Positions 49,745-61,993 of a stretch of DNA of 64,000 nt are shown here, one piece after another (within the stretch, counting starts at the first letter, position 1; every line of letters begins with the position of its first letter). The DNA comes from Malacoraja senta (Eukaryota). The translations under genes were made by a program, and so were the position numbers. The stretch is from assembly GCA_038087875.1 (NCBI GenBank), contig CM075990.1, positions 1,986,001-2,050,000 of the forward strand. Direction: 5' to 3'. Under the pieces are notes generated by a model, which was not told the origin of the DNA, ran no database searches, and saw only the letters and a program-made list of their open reading frames with translations.

Positions 49745-50290
49745 CGTTCCAGGTGCGACAGAGGTTCACCTGCATCTCCTCCAACCTCATCTATTGCATT
49801 CGCTGCTCTAGATGCCAGCTGATCTACATCGGTGAGACCAAGCGGAGGCTTGGCGATCGTTTCGCCGAACACCTCCGGTCGGTCCGCAATAACCAACCTG
49901 AACTCCCGGTGGCTCAGCACTTCAACTCCCCCTCCCATTCCGTATCTGACCTCTCTGTCCTGGGTCTCCTCCATGGCCACAGCGAGCAACACCGTAAATT
50001 GGAGGAAATGCACCTCATATTCCGCTTGGGCAGTCTACATCCTGGTGGCCTGAACGTTGAATTCTCCCAATTCTGCTAGCCCTGGCTGTCCCCTCCCCTT
50101 CATCAGCCATCTGGTTGTCTCCGCCCCTCCCCCAGCCCTCGGGCTCCTCCTCCTCCTTTTCCTTTTTTCCTTTCTTCTCCCCACCCCCTATCAGTCTGAA
50201 GAAGGGTTTCGGCCCGAAACGTTACCTATTTCCTTCGCTCCATAGATGCTGCTGCACCTGCTGAGTTTCTCCAGCATTTTTGTGTACCAG
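49745..50290 (+). mobile_element. PLE 3' fragment (GIY-YIG endonuclease and pLTR) inserted in a V-SINE
   Basis: ORF 49753-50079 FTCISSNLIYCIRCSRCQLIYIGETKRRLGDRFAEH...PGGLN. Confidence 0.92.
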
Positions 50291-51064
50291 AGATATCTAA
50301 GTTTGTAGGTGAATTGGCCTCTGCAAATTGTCCCCAGTCTGAAGAAGGGTCTCGACCCAAAACGTCACCCATTCCTTCTCTCCAGAGATGCTGCCTGTCC
50401 CGCTGAGTTACTCCAGCATTTTGTGTCTACCCTGGTGTATAGAAAGTAGGATAACATTGAATTAATGTGAATGGGTGATCGATGGCTAGCATGGACATGG
50501 TGGACTGAAGGGCCTGTTTCTTTCAATCAAGCAAATGTTTGATCAACCAGCTTGGACCTCAAAAGGTAGAAATGGCCAAGATTCTGGAGCTGTGATAATC
50601 TGTAGATATCTGGGGCCAGTGTACTTTCTTCAGTAATAAATAGACAGAAAGTGCTGGAGTAACTCAGCGGGTCAGGCATCATCTCTGGAGAATATGGATA
50701 GATGACCTTTCGGGTCAGGACCCTTCTTCAGACTGGATAAATAAGGAACTGCAGATGCTGGTTTACAAAAGACGACATGCCACTGGAGTAACTCGGCGGG
50801 TCTGGCAGCATCTCTGGAGAATAGGGATAGGTGACATTTTGGGTCGTGACCCTTCTTCTAACTGATTGTAGGGGGGAGAAACTGGAAGCAAGAAAAGACC
50901 AGGACACATGCGATGACATTAGGCAGGGTGGTTCCCTGATAGGCTGATTGTTGGCTGGGGATGGTGTAATCCCAAGAGTACATGTTTAGCTTCAGTAACA
51001 AGCTTTGGAAAGGTACAGACTAGAACCGAGACCAGGCATAGAAAGGTACAGACTAGAACTGAGA

Positions 51065-51620
51065 TCAGACTGAGCGATCGTTTCGCTGAACACTTTAGCT
51101 CAGTCCGCCTTGACCTACATGATCTCCTGGTTGCCAAACACTTTAACCCCCCTCCCATTCCCACACTGACCTTTCTGTCCTGGGCCTCCTCCACTGTCAG
51201 AGTGAGGCCAAATGCAAATTGGAGGAACACCACCTCATATTTCATTTGGGCAGCTTACACCCCAGCGGTATGAACATTGATTTCTCTAATTTCAAGTAAC
51301 CCCTGCATTCCCTCTCTTTCCGTCCCTTCCCGCACCCTAGTCGTCTACTAGTTTCATTGTTTGTATCCACTCGTTATTACCTTCCCCACAACCAACAATG
51401 GACCATTGTGGGCTCCACCTTTCCTTGAGCATCGTTGCTGCTTCGATTTGTCCATTTGCATGCTTTCCATTCAATTGCCCTTTGTACCTTTTCATACTTC
51501 TAGCTTCCCTCTCCCCTGACTCTCAGTCTCAAGAAGGTTCTCGACCCGAAACATCACCTATTGCTTTTCTCCAGAGATGCTGCCTGACCCATTGAGATAC
51601 TCCAGAACTTTGTGTCTACC
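51065..51620 (+). mobile_element. PLE 3' fragment and pLTR
   Basis: RLSDRFAEH...LEEHHLIF.LGSLHPSGMN, then the pLTR. Confidence 0.85.
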
Positions 51621-52820
51621 TCCAATGATAACACTGGCCTTTATGCATGGCCTGAAGTTACAATGGATTTTGGGGGGAGATGGGGTCTCTGGTAGGTTGG
51701 CATGGGGGTAGGAGATGTACACCAGTTAGATAAAGACCAGGATAGACAACGGCAGTAGCACCACGTGCGATTCTCAGCATCATGGGTGGTTTGGGAGGTT
51801 TTCCTCCCACCCCTCTTTGTGGCTGAAGAGGACCAGTGAAGGAGTGCAGAATCTGCCCCCCCCCCCCCCTGGGTCGGCTCCTCCCACATCCCAAAGACGT
51901 GCGGGTCTTTGTAAATTGCCCCTAGTGTGTAGGGAGTGGATGAGAAAGTGGGATAACTTGGAACTGCGGGTGATCCATGGTTGGTGTGGACTTGGTGGGC
52001 CGAAGGGCCTGTTTCCGTGCTGGGACCTCTGAGCAGGCTGCGTTTGGATGACTCTGCTATTGGACATGGTCACTGCATTGTCCACTGTCGAGGTTCTCTT
52101 TACCTTCCTGGATGCTCCTTCTCCATGGGGCAGGGCTGCTGGTGAACCAGTGAGGAGGGTGCGTTCACTCTGAGTCCGTGAGTCATTCTAGAATCATTTT
52201 GGACAGGGTACAAGGATGGGAACGATTTAGGGGCATTAGTCAAATGCAGGCACATAGAGCATGGGCAAGCAGTACAGTTGCTATCTCACAGCGCCAGAGA
52301 CCCGGGTTCGATCCTGACCTGGGGGTGCTGTCTGTGTGGAGTTTGCACGTTCCCCCTGTGACCACGAGTGTCTCACATCCCAAAGATGCGCGGGTTTGTA
52401 GGTTAATCGATCACTGTAACTTGCCCCTAGTGTGCAGGTTGCGAAAGTGGGCCAACATGGAATGAGCGTGTGGGTGATCGATGGTCGGTGTGGACTCGAT
52501 AGGCTGACGAGCCTGTTTCCATGCTGTATACCTAAACTAAACTCGAGTATAGCACAGGAACAGGCCCTTGGCCCCATAATGTTTGTGCTGAACTTGATGC
52601 CAAGTGAAACTAATCTCCTCTGCCAGCACTTGATCAATATCCCCGTAATCCCTGCATATCCAAGTGCTGACCTAAAAGCCTCTTAAACGCCACTATCGTA
52701 TGTGCCTCCACCACTACCGCTAGATCCAGACACTCGCCAATCTTTGTGTGTGGGAGGGGGGAGGGGGTGGGGGTGAAAAAACGTGCACCTCCTGTAAACT
52801 TTGCTCCTCTCACCATATAT

Positions 52821-53715
52821 AGGGGGGTTATACGTAAGGTCACCGGGTCATAGGGCTTGATGCACGGAGCCGCTCAATCCATCTGGAGGACATCGCAGCT
52901 TCCGGTATATGTTGTTAATACACGAAACGCGTACTTTCCTACCTGTTAAAAACCGCCAAAATGGTGAATTTCTGCACTGTAAAAAATTGTGGAAATTGGG
53001 GTAAGCGTGAGAGACCCAACTTCAGAATTCCAAAAGTGAAGCGAAATGAGGGTAAAGAGAAGCGAGAGCTGAAGGGACAACAACAGCTAAAGTGCTTGGC
53101 GAACATTGGCCGTGCAGATATCGGAATTGAAAATATTGGGAATTTTCGCATTTGCTCACTGCATTTCATCAACAGTAAGGCATTATTTGTGTTTTTTCTT
53201 CATTCCTTTGGTATCTAAAAAGTCTCAGAAGTGATAAATCTGGCTGTAAATTTTGCTTCAGAGGTATTTTCTTTTTGTATGTAAAAACCCACTTGAGAAC
53301 CATAGGCGATTTTAAAATTTTACAGCCAGATTCATCACTTCTGAAACTTTTTAGATGCCAAAGGAATGAAGAAAAAACACAAATAATGCCTTACTGTTGA
53401 TGAAATGCAGTAAGCAAACGGCCAATGTTCGCCAAGCACTTTGGCTGTTGTTGTCCCTTCAGCTCTCGCTTCTATCTACCGTAATTTCTCCTCACTTTTG
53501 GAATTCTGAAGTTGGCTAAATGTCTCTCACGCTTATCCCGATTTCCATAATTATTTACAGCGCAAAAATTGTCAATTTCGGCGGGTTTTAACGGGCCCGC
53601 TACGCTGGAAACAATGGTGAGTGCTTACCTGCAGTTCATCGCGTGTACTCCAGTTGGCGTAGCGTAGCAACAGTACGGGTCATGGGTCGTGACCGGACTG
53701 CCGTGCAACCTCCCT
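52821..53715. mobile_element. ISL2EU-type (PHIS group) non-autonomous element carrying a THAP-domain exon in inverted duplicate
   Basis: Termini aggggggttatacg / cgtgcaacctccct flanked by AT on both sides; ORF 52961 MVNFCTVKNC...FRIP...IGR...RICSLHF is a C2CH THAP signature. Confidence 0.78.
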
Positions 53716-54339
53716 ATAGAGTAGCTATAGACCCATACATGATCACTATCCGACACACCAGGGGCAGTTACAGAAACCAATTCACCTACAAACCTGTACG
53801 TCTTTGGAATGTAGGAGGAAACCGGAGCACCCGGAGAAAACCCACGCGGTCACGCGGAGAATGTACAAACTCCGTGCAGGCAGCACCCATATTCAGGATC
53901 GAACCGGGGTCTCTGGCGCTGCAAGGCAGCGACTCTACCGGTGTGCCACCGTGCTGCTGGTGGACCCAACATGAGGATACAGTGGATACATCTTTGTGAT
54001 GCTGATAGAAGACAAATGAATATGGGAAACAAGCCAAGTTTGACTATCTAGGCATTATCGTCATTTTGAAAGCAGATATCAGCTTTGTCAGATATGCAGT
54101 GTGGTCTTACCACAATGTGATGTGGATACAAGAAGCGATTGCAGAAACGAATGCGACATATTTTGTAATTGAGAAGACTATGGGGAATATGATCAAAGTT
54201 CTCAAGACACTAAGACAATCCACTTGAATATAATAAGAAATGATTCTCTTTGTCTGGGGAGGCGAGGACCGGAAACTTGATCCAAATGTTGGAAACTGTG
54301 TAATCTGGATTGAAGTCTGATGGCAGGCAGAGATTGTGT

Positions 54340-55330
54340 ATGAAGGAACTGCAGATGCAGGTTTAAACTGAAGATCGACACAAAAAGCTGGAGTAACTCA
54401 GTGGGTCAGAGAGCTTCTCTGGAGAAAAGGAATAGGTGACGTTTTGGCGCGAAACCCTTCTTTGGCCTGAGTCAGGGGAAAGGGAAACGAGAGAAATAGA
54501 TGGTGATTTAGAGAGATATAGAACAAACAAATTAAAGAGGTGCAAAAATGTGACGATGATAAAGGAAACAGGCCATTGTTAGCTGTGGGCTAGGTGAAAA
54601 CGAGTTACAGACAATGAGATTCAACAAGATGACTGAAACAATGTCTTGGGTGGGGGATAGACGAAGAGAGGGGGGATGCAAGGGTTACTTGGAGTTAGAG
54701 GAGTTAAACCCCTGTCCCATGGTATGAGTTCATTCCAAGAGTTACCGTAATGGCCACTCGTCGGTACTCGGGGCTCTCGTGGACATTTTTCAACATGTTG
54801 AAAAATCTTCACGAGTCTTCCCGTGCTTACCTGCCGTTAGCGAGTCTTCCCGAGTACCTGCCGTTAGCGCTAAGAGACGTCCCCGAGCTCCGACGTACCC
54901 GCTACGTTCATTCTCCGTGCTTACCACGAGTTTGATTTTTTTTAAACTCGGGAGAGCTCTTGGAATGAACTCGCACCGTGGGACAGGGCTATTAGAGAAA
55001 TGAATGTTCATACCGCTGGGGTGTAAGCTGCCCAAGCGAAATATAAGGTGCTGTTCCTCCAATTTGCATTTGGCCACATTCTGACAGTGGAGGAGGCCCA
55101 GGACAGAAAGGTCAATGTGGGAATGGGAAGGGGAATTGGCAACCGGGAGATCATGTAGGTCCAGGCGGACTCAGCGAAGGTGTTCAGCGAAATAATCGCC
55201 CAGTCTACATTTGGTCTCGCCGATGTAGAAGAGTCTACACCTTGAACAAGGGAATGCAGTAGATGAGGTTGGAGGAGGTGCAAGCGAACCTCTGCCTCAC
55301 CTGAAAGGACTGTCGGGGTCCTTGGACAGG
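54340..55330 (-). mobile_element. PLE 3' fragment and pLTR, split by a Harbinger MITE
   Basis: KLEEQHLIFRLGSLHPSGMN; pLTR 54340-54470. Confidence 0.85.
54707..54991. mobile_element. PIF/Harbinger MITE (~285 bp), TTA TSD
   Basis: TIR ccctgtcccatggtatgagttcattccaagag / ctcttggaatgaactcgcaccgtgggacaggg; tta on both sides. Confidence 0.85.
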
Positions 55331-55930
55331 TGATTTATAAAATAAAATGTTGAGCATAGAAGTTGGGAGGCCATGTTGCAGAAGTTGGTGAGGTTGCATT
55401 TAGAGTATTGTGTTCAGTTCTGGGCACCATGTTATAGGAAAGTTGTTGTCAAGCTACAAAGGGTGCAGAGAAGATTTATGTGGATGTTGTCAGGACTCGA
55501 GGACAGAGCTAAAGGGAGAGGTTGAGCAGGCTGGGACTATTCCTTGGAAGGAGGATGAGGGCTGATCATGTAGTGTATAAAACGATGAGAGGAATAGATC
55601 GGGTGATGCAAAGAGTCTCCTTCCCAGTGTGGGGGAATCGAAAACCAGAGGACATAGGTTCAAGATGTGGGGGGAAAGATTTAATAGGAATCTAAGGGGT
55701 AATGTTTTCACACAGAGGGTGGTGGGTGTATGGAACAAGCTGCCAGAGGAGGTAGTTGAGGCAGGGACTATCCCAACATTTATGAAAGTTGGACAGGTAC
55801 ATGGATAGGGCAGGTTTAGAGGGATTTGGGCCAAATGTAGGCAGGTGGGACCAGTGTAGATGGGACATGTTGGGTGGTGTGGGCAAGTTGGGCTGAAGGG
55901 CCTGTTTATATGCTGTAAGACTATGTGACA
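55330..55930 (+). mobile_element. CR1 3' fragment, older and diverged
   Basis: HLEYCVQFWAP...QRVVGVWNKLPEEVVEAG. Confidence 0.85.
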
Positions 55931-56039
55931 CTAGAACAGTCAGCATTTTTGCTCAGTAATATTTAGCACCTGGTATCTCTTAACTGTAGATGTCAGGTAA
56001 ATTAATTTCTGGGGCCAGCCAAGTTTGACAATCTTGTGG

Positions 56040-59000
56040 GGCAGCACGGTGGCACAGCAGTAGAGCGACTACCTTACACTACCAGAGATCTGGGTTCGAT
56101 CCTGACAACAGGTGCTTGCCTGTATGGAGTTTGTACGTTCTCCCCGTGACCTGCGTAGGTTTTCTCCGAGATCTTCGGTTTACTCCCAAACTCCAAAGAC
56201 GTACAGGTCTGTAGATTAATTGGCTTGGTATAAATGTAAATTGTCTGTCGTGTGTGTAGGATAAGTGTTAATGTGTGGGGATCGCTGGTCAGCATGGACA
56301 CGGTGGGCCAAAGGGCCTGTTTTTATGCTGTATCTCAAATACTAAATTTAGAAAGCAGATATTGGGCTCTACGGACATGCAGTGTGGACTTACTAGAGTG
56401 CCACCTGGATCCAAGGATTAAATTAGCGGAAGATATTTAAAACACATTTGGACAGGTACTTGGATTGGTAAGGTTTAGAAGGATATGGGCCAAATGCAGG
56501 TAGGTGGGACCAGTGCAGATGGGGCATGTTGGTCAGCATGAGCAAGTTGGGCCGATGGGCCTCTTTCCCAGCAGTTATGACTCGATGACACTCTATGACT
56601 ATGAGATTGCAGGCTAACGCTATGTTTTTTTATAATTCAGAAGACTAAAGGGAAATTGACCAAAGTTCACAAGATACTAAGATAAGCCACTTGAATATTG
56701 GGTTCTTTTAAGGCGTTGTCTCTGTGGTATTGGTGTTGTCTATGTGGAGTTTGCATGTTCTCCCTGTGACTGCGGTTTCCTCCCACATCCTAAAGATGTG
56801 CGGGTTTGTAGGTTAATTGGCCCTCTGTAAATTGTCCCTAGTGTGCAGGGGGAGTGGATGAGAAAGCAGAATAACTAATGTGAATGGGTGATCGATGGTT
56901 GGCGTGACGTCGGTGGGCCGACTGGGCTGTTGATATGATGTATCTCTAAACTGAAAATAACATAATTGAAATTACATTGTGGTGCATTGGACTTTCAGAA
57001 GGCCTTTGAAAGATGCCACACAAGAGATCATTAAACTTAATGAATGCACTCAGGATTGTGGATGATCTACTGATGTGGATTGGGGTTGGGAAAAGCAAAC
57101 AGTGTATGAATAATGGTTAGGAAGGAACTGCAGGTGCTAGTTTCAACCAAAGATAGACACAAAATGCTGGAGTATCTCAGTGGGTCAGACAGGGCTTTAG
57201 TTTAGTTTAGAGATACAGCGCGGAAACAGGCCCTTTGGCCCACTGGGACCGTGCCGACTAGCGATCCCCGCACATTAACACTATCCTACACCCACTAAGG
57301 ACAATTCTTACATTTACCAAGCCAATTAACCTACAAACCTGTACGCCTTTGGAGTGTGGGAGGAAACCGAAGATCTCGGAGAAAACCCACGCAGGTCACG
57401 GGGAGAACGTACAAACTCCGTACAGACAGCACCCGTAGTCGGGATCGAACCCGGGTCTCCGGCGCGGCATTCGCTGTAAGGCAGCAACTCTACCGCTGCG
57501 CCACCGCCCTGGTTTTATCCCACACTCCAAAGACGTACAGGTTTGAAGGTTAATTGGCTTCGGTGAAGATTGTAAATTGTTACTAGTGCATAGGATAGTG
57601 CTGGTGCCCGGGGATCAATGATTGGTACGGACTCGGTGGGCCGAAGGGCCTGTTTCTGCCCTGTATCTCTAAAACGAAAAAACTAAAATATCCTTGTGTT
57701 TAGCTTTGTGATACAGCTTGGAAACAGGCCCTTCAGCCCATTAAGTCCATGCTAACCATTAAGCCCATTCACACTAGTTCTATGTTATCCCACTTTCTCA
57801 TCCATTCCCTTCACACCGAGGGCAATTTACAGAGACCAATTGATCTACAAACTCTCATGTCTTTGGGATGTGGGAGGAAACAGGAGCACCCGGAGAAAAC
57901 CAATGCGGTCATAGGGAGGACGTACGAACTCCATGCAGACAGCATCTGTAGTCAGGATCGAACGATAGTGTTAATATGCGGGGATCGCTGGTTGGCAAGG
58001 ACTCGGTGGGCTGAAAGGCCTGTTTCTGCGCTGTCTCTCTAAAGTAAAAGTGCTCTCTTTCAGCTTTCTTTGTTTTCTTCACTTGCACCAAGGTGTTATA
58101 TCTGTATCTCAGAGATGCTGCCTAAGCTGCTGAGTTACTCCAGCCCTCTGTGAAACGTCACCTATCCACATTCTCCACAGATGCTGCCTGACCCAGTGAG
58201 TTACTCCAGCCCTCTGTGAAACGTCACCTATCCACATTCTCCACAGATGCTGCCTGACCCGGTGAGTTACTCCAGCACTTTGTGTCCTGTTCAAGTTTAA
58301 AACTATTGTGCGGCACGGTGGCGCAGCGGTAGAGTTGCTGCCTTACAGCGCTTGCAGTGCCAGAGACCCGGGTTCGATCCTGACTACGGATGCTGTCTGT
58401 ACTGAGTTTGTACGTTCCCCCCGTGACCCGCGTGGGCTTTCTCCGAGATCTTCAGTTTCCACACTCCAAAGACGTACAGGTTTGTAGGTTAATTGGCTTG
58501 GTGTATGTGTACTGACCGCGAGGCGTGGACTTACATCGGAGCCGATCCCTTGCCTGGGATCACACCAACTGCGGCCTGCGGACTTTACATCGGGAGCTCG
58601 CAGTCTCGAGAGAGGCCGTGGATGTCGGGAGCTCCAACGTCGCGGAAGGTTTGACCAGCCTCCCCGTCGGGTTCGATCGTCCGGCGTGGGGGTGCTGACA
58701 TCGCCCCCGATACAAGAGCTGATCGCCTCGACACGGAGGGCCCGCCAACGGCTACGGGAGTCAAGATCATCCCGTCAACGGAGGGCTCGAGTCCCCGGAC
58801 CATGGGAGCGATAAGGGAAGAGACTGAACTTTTTTTTCGCCTTCCATCACAGTGAGGAATGTGGAGGAGTCACTGAGGTGGATGTTAAAATGTGTTTTGT
58901 GTGTTCTGTTGCTTTTTATTTGTATGACTGACTTGGCAAATGAAATTCCTCATATGTTGAAAATCATACTTGTTAAAAAAAATATATATATTTTTTTGTA

Positions 59001-59110
59001 AATTGTCCCTAGTGTGTAGGATTGTGTTAGTGTGCGGGGATAGCTGGTCGGCGCGGACTCGGTGGGCAGAAGGGCCTGTTTCCGCGCTGTATCTCTAAAA
59101 CTAAAACTAA
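56040..59110. mobile_element. Dense V-SINE field (56040-56345 +, 56735-56955 +, 57196-57508 -, 57515-57690 +, 57700-57962 -, 58311-59110 + split)
   Basis: Repeated tRNA-like heads and V domains; full-length examples at 57196-57508 and 58311. Confidence 0.85.
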
Positions 59111-59899
59111 GTTGATGGGGAGAAGGCATTATTCATCGTGTACTTTGTTACTTGATACACCTCCCACAGACACTAAACCACCCTGCATGGAACTCTGTGG
59201 GAAATCCACACCAGGGACCCATCTCAGTAATTGGTGGCAGCTGATGAATATTTAAAGCCATTATTAGTTTGGGTTCAGTTCAACTGAGCTGTGAACTGGG
59301 TTGAACGTGTTCCCCGTGCTCCCCCTTCAACAGAGCGCTTCTCCTCCAGGAACTTTGCCCCGGTGACCACAACCAGGGGTGCGGAGGTGTGAGGACAAAT
59401 TCGTGCATCGAGGCACCACTGGCTGGGAGTGCCCGCACTCTGTCCCGCTCTCCTGGTCTCACGGGAAGGACACACGTCGTCTGAAGAAAGGGTCTCGACC
59501 CGAAACTTCACCCATTCCTTCCCTCCAGAGATGCCGCCTGTCCCGTTGTGTTACTCCAGCTTTTTGTGTCTATCTTCGGGCTTAAACCAGCATCTGCAGT
59601 TCCTTCCGGCACATCGGTCAATCCATCAGGTAAGTCCACCCTCAGCTCTTGCCAGCTTCTACCATGGTTTGGTGGATGCCATTGCCCACCCTGACAGCGA
59701 CTGATCGCTCCGGAGGGTTGGTGTTGACTTTGGTAGGGGTGCATTCTTGTCACGTGCACCGAGGTACAGTGAAAAACTTTGTTTGTGCCGTCCGATTAAA
59801 TCAGATAATACCGGACATGAATCCAATCAAGTCTCACACAAGTATTATTAGGGGGCGAGCATTGAGACAAATCCAAGATAGCAGAAGGCACAACTAAAC

Positions 59900-60478
59900 A
59901 CCACTTGAAGTTGGAGAAGTCAATGTTCATACCGCTGGGGTGTAAGCTGCCCAAGCAAAATATGAGGTGCTGTTCCTCCAATTTGCGCTGGGCCTCACTC
60001 TGACAGTGGAGGAGGCCCAGGACAGAAAGGTCAGTGTGGGAATGGGAGGGGGAGTAAAAGTGTTTGGCAACCGGGAGATCAGGTATGTTTAGGTGAACTG
60101 AGCAGAGGTATTCAGCGAAATGATCACCGAGCCTGCGCTTGGTCTCGCCGATATACAGAAATCCGCACCTGGAACAGTGGATACAGTAGATGAGGTTGGA
60201 GGAGGTGCAATTGAACCTCTGCCTAACCTGGAAAAACTGTTGGGGTCCTTGGCCGGAGTCAGGAGGGGAGGTAAAGGGAGAGGTGTTGCATCTCCTGCGG
60301 TTGCAGGGGAAGGTACCTAGGAAGGGGTGGTTTGGGTGGGAAGGGACGAGTTGACCAGGGAGTTACGGAGGGAACGGTCTCTGCGGAAAGCGGAAAGGGG
60401 TGGAGATGGGAAGACGTGGCTAGTGGTGAGATCCCATTGGAGGTGGCGAAAATGTCCGAGGATTATGTGCTCTATGCG
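59900..60478 (-). mobile_element. PLE fragment (linker and GIY-YIG), fused head-to-head to V-SINE 60478-60735
   Basis: Homologous to 31570-31860 and 32888-33180. Confidence 0.88.
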
Positions 60479-61523
60479 CCGGAGACCCGGGTTCCATCCT
60501 AACTACGGGAGCTGTCTGTATGGAGTTTGTACGTTCTCCCCGTGACCTGCGTGGATTTTCACCAGTTGCTCCGGTTTCCTTACACACTCCAAAGACGTAC
60601 AGGTTTGAAGGTTAATTGGCTTTGGTAAAAATTGTAAATTGTCCCTTATGTGTGTAGGATAGTGTTAATGTGCGGGGGTCGCTGGTCGGCGTGGACCAGG
60701 TGGGCCGAAGGGCCTGTTTCTGTACACTAAACTAAATGCTTTTACTTCATATTTTTTGACATAAAGAAGCAGACCAATTCTCTCCTGTTTCCGCGCTGTA
60801 TCTCTAAAGTCTAGCAGATGGCATATGCAGCAAGTGCTCCAAATGGCTCATGGCAGGGTGACAGGATGTTTAGTTTAATGGCTAACCCACATAACCACCA
60901 GCTGCCTGGCAGTGACTGGGTTCAATCAGATACTGAGAACATTTGGAGATACCTGTGGAAGAGAAAGACACAACCTATTCCCTAGGGAATGGTAAGATTA
61001 CACAATGATACTCTATCAGCTCATGGTTTGGGCTGCATTGTTCGAGAGGGCTGGGCTATTCATTATAAAACCTGAGACAAAAAGGCGAAGACAAGAGGCT
61101 TCTTTCCGTGGGCTCATGTTATTGTGTAGCCAGGGTAACGCTGGTTGGCATTCAGCGCCCTGTGCTGGCTCCCGTGTCCTGTTCTTTGCGCTATTGTCGG
61201 GGTTATTTTAACCTGTAACCTGCCTTTGTTGTAAAGGTGGAGAGTGTCCCAGAGTGAAGGAGATGAAGCAACCCATTGTAGTGGGGCCAGTATGCAGGGG
61301 ATTAGAGTCATTAGTCAGGCTTTATACATTCTGTTGGATAGGGAGCCAATATCTAGATCAGCTGGCATCAGCTCCACATCAAAGGCTCCCGTTCGCAGGA
61401 TATCGTGCTGAAACAAGGTGTTGGGGCTTCCATACGGCCTAGTAATGAAGGGATGCTCTATGTGTAGGAAGGAACTGCAGATGCTGGTTGACACCAAAGA
61501 TAGACACAAAGTCTAAAGACATA

Positions 61524-61813
61524 GAAACATAGAATATAGGTGCAGGAGTAGGCCATTCGGCCCTTCGAGCCAGCACTGCCATTCAATATGATCATGGCTG
61601 ATCATCCAAAATCAGTACTCCATTCCTGCTTTCTCCCCTTATCCCTTGATAATATTAGCCCAAAGAGCTAAATCTAGCTCTCTCTTGAAAACATTCAGTG
61701 AATTGGCCTCCACTTCCTTCTGTGGCAGAGAATTCCACAGATTCACAACTCTCAGGGTGAAAAGGTTTTTCCTCATCTCAGTCCTAAATGGCCTACCGCT
61801 TATTCTTGCACTG
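61524..61813 (-). mobile_element. CR1 3' fragment flanked by a 174-bp direct duplication
   Basis: (catagaaa) tail at ~61520; CR1 3' UTR. Confidence 0.85.
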
Positions 61814-61993
61814 TATCTCGATTAGTTGACATCAGCTCCACATCAAAGGATCCCGTTCGCAAGCTACTGTGCTGAAACAAGGTGTTGGGGCTTCCATACG
61901 GCCTAGTAATGAAGGGATGCTCTATGTGTAGGAAGGAACTGCAGATGCTGGTTGACACCAAAGATAGACACAAAGTCTAAAGACATAAAATTG

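Noticed and set aside
58311..58395. tRNA genes at A/B-box motifs
   Set aside because: These are V-SINE heads followed by the V domain; no complete cloverleaf
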